A stretch of DNA of 27,341 nucleotides, taken from a virus. Lineage: Duplodnaviria; Caudoviricetes. The stretch spans positions 1 to 27,341 of the IMG/VR virus record IMGVR_UViG_3300043425_001053, one strand, 5' to 3'. How positions within the stretch are numbered: the stretch's first letter is position 1; every line of letters begins with the position of its first letter. The notes under the pieces are model-generated. The model was given only the letters and a program-made list of their open reading frames with translations, was not told where the DNA came from and made no database searches. Made by a program: the position numbers and the translations under genes. Shown here piece by piece: positions 18,884 through 26,735 of the stretch.

Positions 18884-19870
18884 TTACGAGTCAGTAGATG
18901 TGTTCCAGAAGATTTTCACCAAGGCTTCAGGCCTCAGAACCTTCCTGCCATACACATGCAGACCACGTACGATGTCGCCGAAAGAACTCGGGTCACGCAG
19001 GGTCTCAACACTCAACAGCGTTTGCGCAGTGGCTACAGCAGAGATGTGACCTGCCAGAGCAATCTTCGCATTGGTGCCTGTCGGCATGTTGTTGGACTTG
19101 TACATGGTGAAGCCACGCAGCATGCCGCTGGACACAAGGCCGTTGCGGATAGAACCGGCACCAGCGTTGTAGTCTACAGACAGAAGCTTGCTTGAGGATT
19201 CAGACAACACCTCATAGAACAGAGGGGATGCCACGAACCAACGACCTTCTTCCGGCACGTTCTGGTCGTCCAGAAGTCGTGCGGCACGGGCCAGCACATC
19301 CACTGGGTCGGACTTGCCAGTACCAAAGCCGATGAACACAGCTTCAGTTGCGCCAGCATCCAGGTCTGCCAGTGTGCCTGCAGTTGCATCGTCAGCACCG
19401 ACTACGAGGTCGGGGTTGCTGGTGGATGCGTTGGCACTCATGTAGGTCAGGATGGCTGAGTCCATGTTATCCTTCAGTGCGTATGCAGCTGAGGAGGTTG
19501 CCACGGACGCGAAGTTAACGTGGGACATCTTCTTCTCGATGTCGTCCACGATGAACTTAAACGCACGAGCCTGGTCTACCACCAGCACCAGCTCTTGGTC
19601 GGTCAGCATAGTCTGCGTGGTATCTGCACCACGGGTGTATGCGTAGGTGGTGATGGTCGGCTCTTTGATGATGTTCACACTGTCGCCGAATGCACTGATC
19701 TCGCCGGTGTAGTCGGTGTTCGTAATCGCTTCTACAACAGAAGCTTTACGGAAGAAGTTTTGAATCTTCTTGGAGTACACCTCAGGCAGGAAGAACGCAT
19801 TGGTCTGGCCGGAAACGCCAGTATCAAAGTTCGACAGCGTCGGTGAACTACCTTCTTGAAAATTGGCCAT
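18884..19870 (-). CDS. major capsid protein (HK97 fold)
   Basis: FLPEVYSKK, ITNTDYTGEISAFGDSVNII, VPEEGRWFV and FGDIVRGLHVYGRKVLRPEAL motifs. Confidence 0.92.
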   Translation of the reverse strand: MANFQEGSSPTLSNFDTGVSGQTNAFFLPEVYSKKIQNFFRKASVVEAITNTDYTGEISAFGDSVNIIKEPTITTYAYTRGADTTQTMLTDQELVLVVDQARAFKFIVDDIEKKMSHVNFASVATSSAAYALKDNMDSAILTYMSANASTSNPDLVVGADDATAGTLADLDAGATEAVFIGFGTGKSDPVDVLARAARLLDDQNVPEEGRWFVASPLFYEVLSESSSKLLSVDYNAGAGSIRNGLVSSGMLRGFTMYKSNNMPTGTNAKIALAGHISAVATAQTLLSVETLRDPSSFGDIVRGLHVYGRKVLRPEALVKIFWNTSTDS

Positions 19871-19891
19871 TCTTTATTTCCTTATGAATTG

Positions 19892-20761
19892 TTAAATAAC
19901 CCTCCCTTCACGAATAGCTTTGTCGATTTCTTTTTCGAGTCGGTCATATTCGTCCATCGAGAGTCTTTTAATTTCCTCCCTCGACCATACCTTACCTTGG
20001 ACAGGGGCGTTATCCCCGGCTGTCTTGGAAGATACAAGGCTGTCTGCCCCGTTTGTTGCGGTCTTGGAGGGGGCTTTTTCAGAAGACGACCCCTTGGATG
20101 CTTTTCCTGTTTCCAACTTGAAAAGGTTGATTGCCTTTATTGCCAGTTGACTGTTTGTCGGGTTGTTGTAAATCCAATCCTGTATCTCTTGGGGTTGGCT
20201 CTCCGCCCACATGTGAAAATCATCGTCGTTGCGGAGTTCTTCAATATCAGGGTGGGCTTTAGCTACCTCGGACATGGCCCTCTCTTTGGCCAGCTCCAAC
20301 TCACGCTTCTCAATGTCACTAAGCTTGGCTTTCACCTCGCTTGTTTCCTCAAGGGCGATAAGTTGTGCGATAGACTTCATTGCTTCAAAAGCAGCTGGGT
20401 CTTTCTGTCGGAGTTGTTCCAACTCTTCCTTGGTCTTAGGCGGTGTCTTAGTGGCTGTGTCGCCTACCGCAGAACCTTTGGTGTTGAGTTGTTCTCGTAG
20501 TTCTCTAACCGTCTTGTCATGATGGGCTTTAAGATCTTTCCATCTCTTTTCAAAATCGTGCGGACCAGTACCTGTTCCTTGCGAGCCAACGTCGTCGCCT
20601 TCTGTGTTCTCGACTTTAGTATCTTTGGCTTTTTGGGCAGGTCTCTTTGGTACAAAGAGGGTGTTAGCGTTGTCTACAGTTGCTTCACCGCCATCTTTGT
20701 GCCAAGGCTTGTTCTGGTTGTACGGATTGGAATTGTCAATCGAAGTATCAAGGTCAGTCAT
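19892..20761 (-). CDS. capsid scaffolding protein
   Basis: FEKRWKDLK.H, HPD, F..WAE.QP and C-terminal EIDKAIREGRV; ATG at 20761 preceded by GGAG; directly upstream of the capsid gene. Confidence 0.8.
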   Translation of the reverse strand: MTDLDTSIDNSNPYNQNKPWHKDGGEATVDNANTLFVPKRPAQKAKDTKVENTEGDDVGSQGTGTGPHDFEKRWKDLKAHHDKTVRELREQLNTKGSAVGDTATKTPPKTKEELEQLRQKDPAAFEAMKSIAQLIALEETSEVKAKLSDIEKRELELAKERAMSEVAKAHPDIEELRNDDDFHMWAESQPQEIQDWIYNNPTNSQLAIKAINLFKLETGKASKGSSSEKAPSKTATNGADSLVSSKTAGDNAPVQGKVWSREEIKRLSMDEYDRLEKEIDKAIREGRVI

Positions 20762-20845
20762 TAGTTTCTCCGCTGGGCTTGTTCTCATACTTGGTGGCCC
20801 AAGAAGGGGCAAGTTGTACAAGGTGGCCTAAGAGTTGTTTTTATC

Positions 20846-21259
20846 TCAGAGGGTCTGAGGGTTTCTTTCCAACAAGGAGGTGGCCCGTTGCCCGTCGGCA
20901 ACTTTGGGGGCTACTTGTTGTGTTTGCGGTGCATCTGCCATCGCCTCTGCTTCCTCCATCATTTGCTGGAGAACATCTACGCCTATGACGGCGGTGGCTT
21001 TGGCAGAGAACACAAATTCTCCATCCGAGAGACGGGCAGGGATGTCGTCAGACAAGCCGGTACCTGGGCCTTCCACAGGCCCGTCTCCACTAAACTCTGT
21101 GGCAGCTACAAGCAGGGCATCCACTATCTCAGATAGTGCTGGGTCTGCTTGCAAAGCTGCTTGTAAATGTTGTATCTGTTGTGGCTGCAGAGTGGAGGAG
21201 ATGAGGCTCTCCACCGCATCTACCTCCACCTGGGCATCAGTCTTCATCGGTGGGTTCAC
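20846..21259 (-). CDS. head-assembly region protein with GPGTGxSDxIPARLSDGEFV motif (137 aa)
   Basis: Motif seen directly; GTG start after GGGAGG; lies between portal and scaffold. Confidence 0.75.
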   Translation of the reverse strand: MNPPMKTDAQVEVDAVESLISSTLQPQQIQHLQAALQADPALSEIVDALLVAATEFSGDGPVEGPGTGLSDDIPARLSDGEFVFSAKATAVIGVDVLQQMMEEAEAMADAPQTQQVAPKVADGQRATSLLERNPQTL

Positions 21260-21470
21260 GTACTGCCCTCCCTACTGTCTTAGGCAGGGCCTCCAACATC
21301 CTTAGAGAACTCAGCTTCCCCTGGGCGCGGTACAGGCCCTGTTCCGATATTCCCGTCTCCAGTTCCTGTAACGCCTGGGTTCGGAGCACCAGGAGGTATT
21401 CCTCCAGGGCCGCCCATACCAGGGGGTCTTTGACCAAGGGGATTAGCCTCTTCGCCAGGGATTTGTCCAC
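21237..21470 (-). CDS. small conserved protein overprinted on the portal 3' end (77 aa)
   Basis: L..LV....W..L..YL...LE......YRAQG....LR.L..L pattern typical of post-portal small proteins; GTG at 21470 with AGGTG upstream. Confidence 0.7.
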   Translation of the reverse strand: MDKSLAKRLIPLVKDPLVWAALEEYLLVLRTQALQELETGISEQGLYRAQGKLSSLRMLEALPKTVGRAVREPTDED

Positions 21471-23430
21471 GTTGAGCACCTATGATTGCAGCGGCAAGCT
21501 GTGCCTCTTCTGGGGAGTTGATAACTTCCACCGGGTCGAGGTCAAGTGACTTGGCCAACTCTGTGATGATGTGTGTTGCCCTCACATAAGGAGCAACTGC
21601 CGGCAACCCCATCGCTGTCTGCAGGAACATTATGAGCCTCTGGCTCCTAACTTCTTTCTGCATCAGACTGGATGTGCCCATAGCCCTGACCTCCAGGTCG
21701 CCCTCTATAGGCAACTCCCCTTCATGGTATTGCATATTCCAGAAGAAGAAGTCTTGGCCCAACGGCCTGAACAACTGGTTGTCAAGATTGCTTATCACGG
21801 TCTTTATGTTAAGGCTTGCGGCTCCGAGCAGCATAGACATGCCGGAGGCCGTCCTTGTCATGCTCTGAACACCTGTCTGTCCGTGGCTATAACTTGGCAA
21901 ACCTGTGGACTCATCCGCCAACTGCCTAAACTTATCGAACATCATCATGTTCTCGTTGGCAGTGTTGGGGAATTTCAGTGCATACACAGACTGGCCCGGT
22001 TGGCCGGACAACCTTCTGAAGATTTTACCGTTGTAAATCTCCATGTCTTGCCCTGGGACAAGGGCGCCTTCATCAATATCGAAAACCATCCCACCAGCCA
22101 GAGCCAAGTTGTCAATTGCCATCCTGGCATGGCCATTCATTACCTTCTGACTGTCTGCCATGTTCTCTGGCACACCAATCCCGAAGATGCTATAGGGGTT
22201 TTTCTCGTAATTAAATATGTGGTAGGGGATTCTGGCCGGGGTGAAGGGGTTTACTGCTACCCTCAACAGGATATTGCCACAAATCCAGGCATTAATCTGT
22301 ATCTCGGCTAGCTCTCCTGCACCTTCTGGCACGTTCAAGCCAACTTGCTTGGCTTGTTCCACCCCCATACAACCCCAATATTCCAAAACCTCATACCTGT
22401 CTGAGAAATTCTTCCCACTGCCCTCTTCTTTAGAGGAGTGGAGGTCGTTCTCAAAAGATTGTTTTACATAATTGGGGCCTTCCTTCAACGCGGAGACGAT
22501 TGCCTCGCTGTTAAACAGCGGCATCCTCATCAAACCACGCATCTGGCTCTCATTAAACTTGTGTCTGTGGATAAACCACAGCATATCTTCTTTGCAAGTG
22601 GCATTTGGGTCAGGGTATGCGTCCCAAACACTCACAAATTCTATACGAGGTACCTTAACCTGCACAGGTTTGTACTCTCGCTCACCAGTTTCTTCGTTCT
22701 TCACCCATTTGTTAAGCGTTTTAACATAGGTGAAAGGGCCTTTAATCACACCAGTGCCCAGCAAAACCTGCTCAAACACTGCATTGCTCACCTCAGTGAC
22801 GCTGCTGGACTCTTCCAACTGGTCGTGAATGAGCTTTTGCATGTTCTCGGCGGCTTCTTTTGCCGGACTTACCTGCACAACTTCCGGGGAAGGGGCAGGC
22901 CCGGTGGTGAGAACCTCTTCTTTCTTGCTTTTTTTGCCGCGAAAGAGCGAGCGAAGCGAGCCAAACGTGGTCCCTGCGCCGAGTTCTTTGCCGTCGCCCG
23001 CATACCCCACGTTGTAGGGTATGTCGGGCGTATCCTCTTCTGCCATTTCTGGGACATTTGCTGTGGGCTGCGTAGACAAATGTGCATACTTGTCTGCTCC
23101 CTCTGGCACTTCCGTCTCCCTCACCCCAATGGGGAAGGAGTTGCCACCAAAGATGATGTCGATTATCTGGCCGTAGCCTGCAAGAACTTTGGTCTTTGTC
23201 GCCTTAACGAAGACTCTGCTCTTTTCGCTCTTACGGAATTTGACATCTTTGCCATACACGCCACGGTAGTTCTGGTAAGCTTCTACCATCCTACGTTCGT
23301 GAGGGTCTTTTGCGGTGGAGGCCTGCTGATACCTATCTTTAATAATCCCTACAAGTGCAGAGACTTCGGTCTCGTCCAGCTTGTCTGCTGTGGGCTGGAT
23401 AGGTTCAGCCAGGTAGTTCGCATTCGCCAT
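21280..23430 (-). CDS. portal protein
   Basis: 716 aa directly after terL; SRVFVKATKTKVLAGYGQI, YPDPNAT, YEKNPYSIFGIGV, MNGHARMAIDN and RTASGMSML motifs. Confidence 0.9.
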   Translation of the reverse strand: MANANYLAEPIQPTADKLDETEVSALVGIIKDRYQQASTAKDPHERRMVEAYQNYRGVYGKDVKFRKSEKSRVFVKATKTKVLAGYGQIIDIIFGGNSFPIGVRETEVPEGADKYAHLSTQPTANVPEMAEEDTPDIPYNVGYAGDGKELGAGTTFGSLRSLFRGKKSKKEEVLTTGPAPSPEVVQVSPAKEAAENMQKLIHDQLEESSSVTEVSNAVFEQVLLGTGVIKGPFTYVKTLNKWVKNEETGEREYKPVQVKVPRIEFVSVWDAYPDPNATCKEDMLWFIHRHKFNESQMRGLMRMPLFNSEAIVSALKEGPNYVKQSFENDLHSSKEEGSGKNFSDRYEVLEYWGCMGVEQAKQVGLNVPEGAGELAEIQINAWICGNILLRVAVNPFTPARIPYHIFNYEKNPYSIFGIGVPENMADSQKVMNGHARMAIDNLALAGGMVFDIDEGALVPGQDMEIYNGKIFRRLSGQPGQSVYALKFPNTANENMMMFDKFRQLADESTGLPSYSHGQTGVQSMTRTASGMSMLLGAASLNIKTVISNLDNQLFRPLGQDFFFWNMQYHEGELPIEGDLEVRAMGTSSLMQKEVRSQRLIMFLQTAMGLPAVAPYVRATHIITELAKSLDLDPVEVINSPEEAQLAAAIIGAQRGQIPGEEANPLGQRPPGMGGPGGIPPGAPNPGVTGTGDGNIGTGPVPRPGEAEFSKDVGGPA

Positions 23431-23432
23431 GT

Positions 23433-25376
23433 TTAATACCCAAACTCTTCATCGTAAATGATGTGACGGTCGGCTTTATATCTCGCCATCCTAGTATACA
23501 CATCTTCCATTGGCGGCCTGCTCATAAGCAAATACCTGCCAGCGTCGTATGCGTGGTCCTCAGCTGTGGTGTCCACATCCTCGTTGTCATTCTTGTCGAG
23601 TGGTATCACTTGCAGCTGCTTTATCCAGTTGACACAGTTTGAGAAGATGAGCATCTTAGGCTTACCATTCTCCCTGATCTTCAACCTTTCATGTATTTGT
23701 ATCTTGCCAGCCTTTCTGTTCTTGTCTGCTCTGCGCAGCTTGTGACCAGACCTGAGAAGCTCCTCACCTACTGTAGGCCCTGTAGACCCTGTAGTGTTCC
23801 AGGAAGCACCGTCCAGCACACCCATTATCTCACGCATCTCCTGAGACTCTGCTTGGTGCATAGCCTCTCCTAGGGCCTTCCCTGTGAGCCCCTTAGCGTA
23901 CAACTCCCTGTAGAAAATAATGGTACCATCGTCTGGGTCAACTGCTGCCCAAAGACAGCATGACGGGGCTCGATAGCCATAGTCAATTGCCTTGACACGT
24001 TCCCAATGCACAGGTATTTCGAAGGGCTGTATGACGTGGATGTGAGGCATGAACTCAGGGAAGGCAGCGCCCTCGATGATGTCCCAGTCGCCCTCCAACA
24101 ACCTTTGACGCTGTACTGGGTCCATGGACTTCAGCATGCGTTCGTACTCACCATCACTGGCAAGAGTCGGGTTGTCTGACAGCTTAGCGGGGATGAACTT
24201 CCTGCTCACCCCATCCTCTCCAACAAACGTCTGCCCATACGGTGCAGGGTCTACATACCGCTTCTTCACCCATGCGTGGCCAGGGCCACCAGGGTTGGAA
24301 GTGCAACGCATGTAGGTTTTAATTCTTGGGTTGGTTGTTCTGAGACGGGAACGCAAGTAGTCCCAAGCAAAGCTTGTGGCCAAGTGCGTAATCTCATCAA
24401 ACCCTATCCATGAATATGCCTTACCTTGGTACTGGTACACGTCACTATCTTTCTCAAGATAGCCGAAGTACCCTTTGGCACCTGAAGGAAATATCCATGT
24501 CTTCTTGCTTTCTTTGTACTCAGCACCAGGGAATGCTAATGGGTATAGCTCCCGTGACTTATCTATAAGTTCATCCAATTCACCCAGCGTCTTACGCAGA
24601 ATGAGGAAGCGGTGCTCTTTCTCGTGTACATAACGAAGAGGGTCTACAAGCATGGCGTATGACTTACCACCACCTGCAGCACCCCCGTACAATACGTCCT
24701 TCTCAGCTGCCGCCAAGAAGTCTGTCTGCGGCCCAGGATGTGGCCTAAATGCCACAGGAGTGGTACCGTCTTCTAGGTTGGTCACCACAGCCTGTGGAAG
24801 GGATTGAAGGTGCTCCTCAGAGATGATGGCGGGGGTCTTATTGGCCACGCCATCCCCGGCATCCAACCTCTGAGCAGCTTCCTTCTTTTTGTTAAGGAGG
24901 CTTTTCTGCCTCTCTAATTTTGCTTGGAGACGTTCTACGTCTTTCTTCTTCTTGTTGATGCTAGAACGGACGGCACGCTTTGCTTTTGCTTCAGCACCTT
25001 GCCTATAACCACCACGGGCTTGTCTACGTTTCCTGACGGGAATGCCGTTGGTTCTTAGGACGAAGCTGCCATCTTCGTTTCTTTCATAGTTATCGGGATT
25101 GACTTCCCAATCTTTTACTTTTGAGTCTGAGGGGAGGACACCCTTGTCCCTTTCGGCTACGGCACGACGAAGACCTTCTCTGCTAAGCTTCTCTCCTGTT
25201 ACGGAGAAGATGTAATCAACACCTTCCTGCAGAGACAACCTCTTCTCAAGGATGCCATCAATAGCCTTGTTCAAAGCCTCAATGTGCCCAGCTATGGGCC
25301 TCATCATTCCTTCAGCATCAGGGGCAAGTTCATACCCCCACTTAAGCCTTGGGGTGGCTTTGATATAACCTTCCAC
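23433..25376 (-). CDS. terL: terminase large subunit with ~200-aa N-terminal extension
   Basis: Walker A YGGAAGGGKS, Walker B IGFDE, SNPGGPGH, nuclease motifs IDYG and EDHAYDAGRY. Confidence 0.95.
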   Translation of the reverse strand: MEGYIKATPRLKWGYELAPDAEGMMRPIAGHIEALNKAIDGILEKRLSLQEGVDYIFSVTGEKLSREGLRRAVAERDKGVLPSDSKVKDWEVNPDNYERNEDGSFVLRTNGIPVRKRRQARGGYRQGAEAKAKRAVRSSINKKKKDVERLQAKLERQKSLLNKKKEAAQRLDAGDGVANKTPAIISEEHLQSLPQAVVTNLEDGTTPVAFRPHPGPQTDFLAAAEKDVLYGGAAGGGKSYAMLVDPLRYVHEKEHRFLILRKTLGELDELIDKSRELYPLAFPGAEYKESKKTWIFPSGAKGYFGYLEKDSDVYQYQGKAYSWIGFDEITHLATSFAWDYLRSRLRTTNPRIKTYMRCTSNPGGPGHAWVKKRYVDPAPYGQTFVGEDGVSRKFIPAKLSDNPTLASDGEYERMLKSMDPVQRQRLLEGDWDIIEGAAFPEFMPHIHVIQPFEIPVHWERVKAIDYGYRAPSCCLWAAVDPDDGTIIFYRELYAKGLTGKALGEAMHQAESQEMREIMGVLDGASWNTTGSTGPTVGEELLRSGHKLRRADKNRKAGKIQIHERLKIRENGKPKMLIFSNCVNWIKQLQVIPLDKNDNEDVDTTAEDHAYDAGRYLLMSRPPMEDVYTRMARYKADRHIIYDEEFGY

Positions 25377-25768
25377 TAGTCTTCTTCCCTTTTCATTGGG
25401 AGGATGAAGATACCACCCTTCCCTTCATGCGAGACATCAAGTCTCTCGGTTTTGGGGTTGGTCCTGTCAAGAATGACAGAGGCTGCTTTGAGCTTCTGCT
25501 CAGCCTGCACTACACCCTCTTTGCTATTCATTATCTTCACTACAGCGATGGCTGCATTAACTGAGTGTCCTGCAAGAACACTTTCAGCAACCTCTGCAAT
25601 TTCCTTCCTCATTTCCTTCACAGCTCTGTACGGCTGCTTATAACCAGCTGCCCTTGCCGCTGCAACAAGGTCACCATTGTATTCTTCGATGAGGTCAAGG
25701 AACCTTTGTTGCATCTCCGTCAAGGGCCTTTCCCTCTGGGGACTGGCTGGCATGTTCGTCATTGACAT
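25376..25768 (-). CDS. terS: terminase small subunit (putative)
   Basis: LTEMQQRFL...GD...AARAAGY HTH-like N-terminus, AA..ILDR, C-terminal GGIFILP.K; directly upstream of terL. Confidence 0.75.
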   Translation of the reverse strand: MSMTNMPASPQRERPLTEMQQRFLDLIEEYNGDLVAAARAAGYKQPYRAVKEMRKEIAEVAESVLAGHSVNAAIAVVKIMNSKEGVVQAEQKLKAASVILDRTNPKTERLDVSHEGKGGIFILPMKREED

Positions 25769-25871
25769 TCACTGTTTCCTTTTTCTTTGAGGGGAAAGAC
25801 ATTTCCCACCTCTTCCTCATCTCTTCATCGGAGATGTATTGGGGCCTTCGGCCACTACCTTTACCAGACAT
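25695..25871 (-). CDS. small basic phage protein (58 aa), absent from the ORF track
   Basis: Manual translation MSGKGSGRRPQYISDEEMRKRWEMSFPSKKKETVNVNDEHASQSPEGKALDGDATKVP; the GKGS.RRP...W...F pattern resembles a common small phage protein. Confidence 0.55.
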   Translation of the reverse strand: MSGKGSGRRPQYISDEEMRKRWEMSFPSKKKETVNVNDEHASQSPEGKALDGDATKVP

Positions 25872-26107
25872 AACCCACCATGTGTAAGAGACTCTTCATC
25901 CTTTTTCATCCTCCTTACCCTTCCCTAAACATTCCCTTAACAATTGCTTTATTAATATTATTATTATTAATACTTAAACATTTGCACGCTTAGGGGGAGC
26001 GGCTTCGCACGCTCTATACTGTGTTACTATGTTTTTGTATACTGGCATATACTAATATCATGTTTTTAACAAAAACATTACAAGAAAAATAAAAAATATT
26101 TATTCCG

Positions 26108-26123
26108 TGTGATTGCAGTCACA
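26108..26123. promoter_or_regulatory. CRP/Vfr-type binding site
   Basis: TGTGA-TTGCAG-TCACA, an exact TGTGA-N6-TCACA core, next to an AT-rich tract. Confidence 0.55.
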
Positions 26124-26201
26124 TCATCCTCACATTTCTTAGCATTGTTCTGCCATCCTCTAAGCATCTTTCTATCATCTACCACAGCATATACCAAGCA
26201 T
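26122..26201 (+). repeat. helically phased CAT array
   Basis: CAT at 26122, 26133, 26143, 26154, 26165, 26176, 26188 and 26199. Confidence 0.6.
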
Positions 26202-26441
26202 TGTTTCCACGGCCTAGGAGCGTAGCTCTCCACCGTGGCTACTATCGGGCAGCCAGCAATTGTGACATGCCAATTTCCCAGAAAATTGAGCGGAGGGGAC
26301 TATATCCCCCACCACCCCCACGTGGGCACCTGCCCGCCCCCATGTGTGTGTCCGCGTGTGTGCGTGCGTTGGGGCACTTCTTGACGCGACGCGTGTGTAC
26401 GTGCGCGACACGCACGCCTGAGTCTTCTATTCGCGGGGAGG

Positions 26442-26461
26442 TACTGGACAAATTTACAGTA
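26442..26461. promoter_or_regulatory. LexA SOS box 1
   Basis: taCTGGACAAATTTACAGta (CTG-N10-CAG with TA flanks). Confidence 0.7.
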
Positions 26462-26490
26462 TTGACAGGCTGGGGAGAGTATGTTAGAGG
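26462..26490 (+). promoter_or_regulatory. putative sigma70 promoter
   Basis: TTGACA, 17-nt spacer ending in TGn, then TAGAGG (imperfect -10). Confidence 0.45.
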
Positions 26491-26498
26491 GGGTGGAC

Positions 26499-26518
26499 TA
26501 CTGTACACTTATCCAGTA
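26499..26518. promoter_or_regulatory. LexA SOS box 2
   Basis: taCTGTACACTTATCCAGta. Confidence 0.75.
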
Positions 26519-26530
26519 CCCCGGCCTATA

Positions 26531-26550
26531 TGCTGTATAAATATCCAGTA
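26531..26550. promoter_or_regulatory. LexA SOS box 3
   Basis: tgCTGTATAAATATCCAGta. Confidence 0.8.
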
Positions 26551-26561
26551 GAATCAACGAG

Positions 26562-26620
26562 GTGTTACCGATGTTACCTGAAGTAACACTGGATGCTACC
26601 TGAAGTAACACTGGTAACAC
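26562..26620. promoter_or_regulatory. TGTTAC/GTAACA enhancer (UAS) array, CbrB-like; includes a 22-bp tandem repeat
   Basis: TGTTAC at 26563 and 26572, GTAACA at 26583, TGCTAC at 26594, GTAACA at 26605 and 26614; GATGYTACCTGAAGTAACACTG twice (26570-26613). Confidence 0.65.
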
Positions 26621-26638
26621 TTTCTGGCCTGTTCTTTG

Positions 26639-26658
26639 CACTGTATGGATGTACAGGA
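26639..26658. promoter_or_regulatory. LexA SOS box 4
   Basis: caCTGTATGGATGTACAGga (CTGT-N8-ACAG). Confidence 0.8.
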
Positions 26659-26678
26659 GAAAATTCTTTTCCCTTCAA

Positions 26679-26691
26679 AATCAACGACTTG
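26679..26691 (+). promoter_or_regulatory. IHF binding site
   Basis: AATCAA-CGAC-TTG matches WATCAANNNNTTR exactly, with an A/T tract upstream. Confidence 0.7.
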
Positions 26692-26708
26692 CAGCACATT
26701 TTCCAAAG

Positions 26709-26725
26709 TTGGCACGCCACCTGCA
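26709..26725 (+). promoter_or_regulatory. sigma54 (RpoN) -24/-12 promoter
   Basis: TTGGCACG-CCAC-CTGCA; GG (26711-26712) and GC (26723-26724) are separated by 10 nt; predicted +1 near 26736. Confidence 0.75.
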
Positions 26726-26735
26726 CTGTTCTTGG

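Noticed and set aside
20762-20821. Longer scaffold start at 20821 from the ORF track
   Set aside because: The ATG at 20761 has a properly spaced GGAG, and the extension covers the leader motif.
22438-23436. 332-aa + strand ORF, and other long antisense ORFs such as 21571-22311, 11293-11973, 19856-20500 and 16087-16722
   Set aside because: Antisense shadows of well-supported structural genes, with no recognisable motifs.
26552-26564. Second IHF-like site AATCAACGAGGTG
   Set aside because: Mismatch in the TTR element and overlap with the enhancer array; too weak to call.
26570-26613. 22-bp repeat as a mini-CRISPR array
   Set aside because: Only two directly adjacent copies, no spacers and no cas genes; better explained as protein-binding sites.
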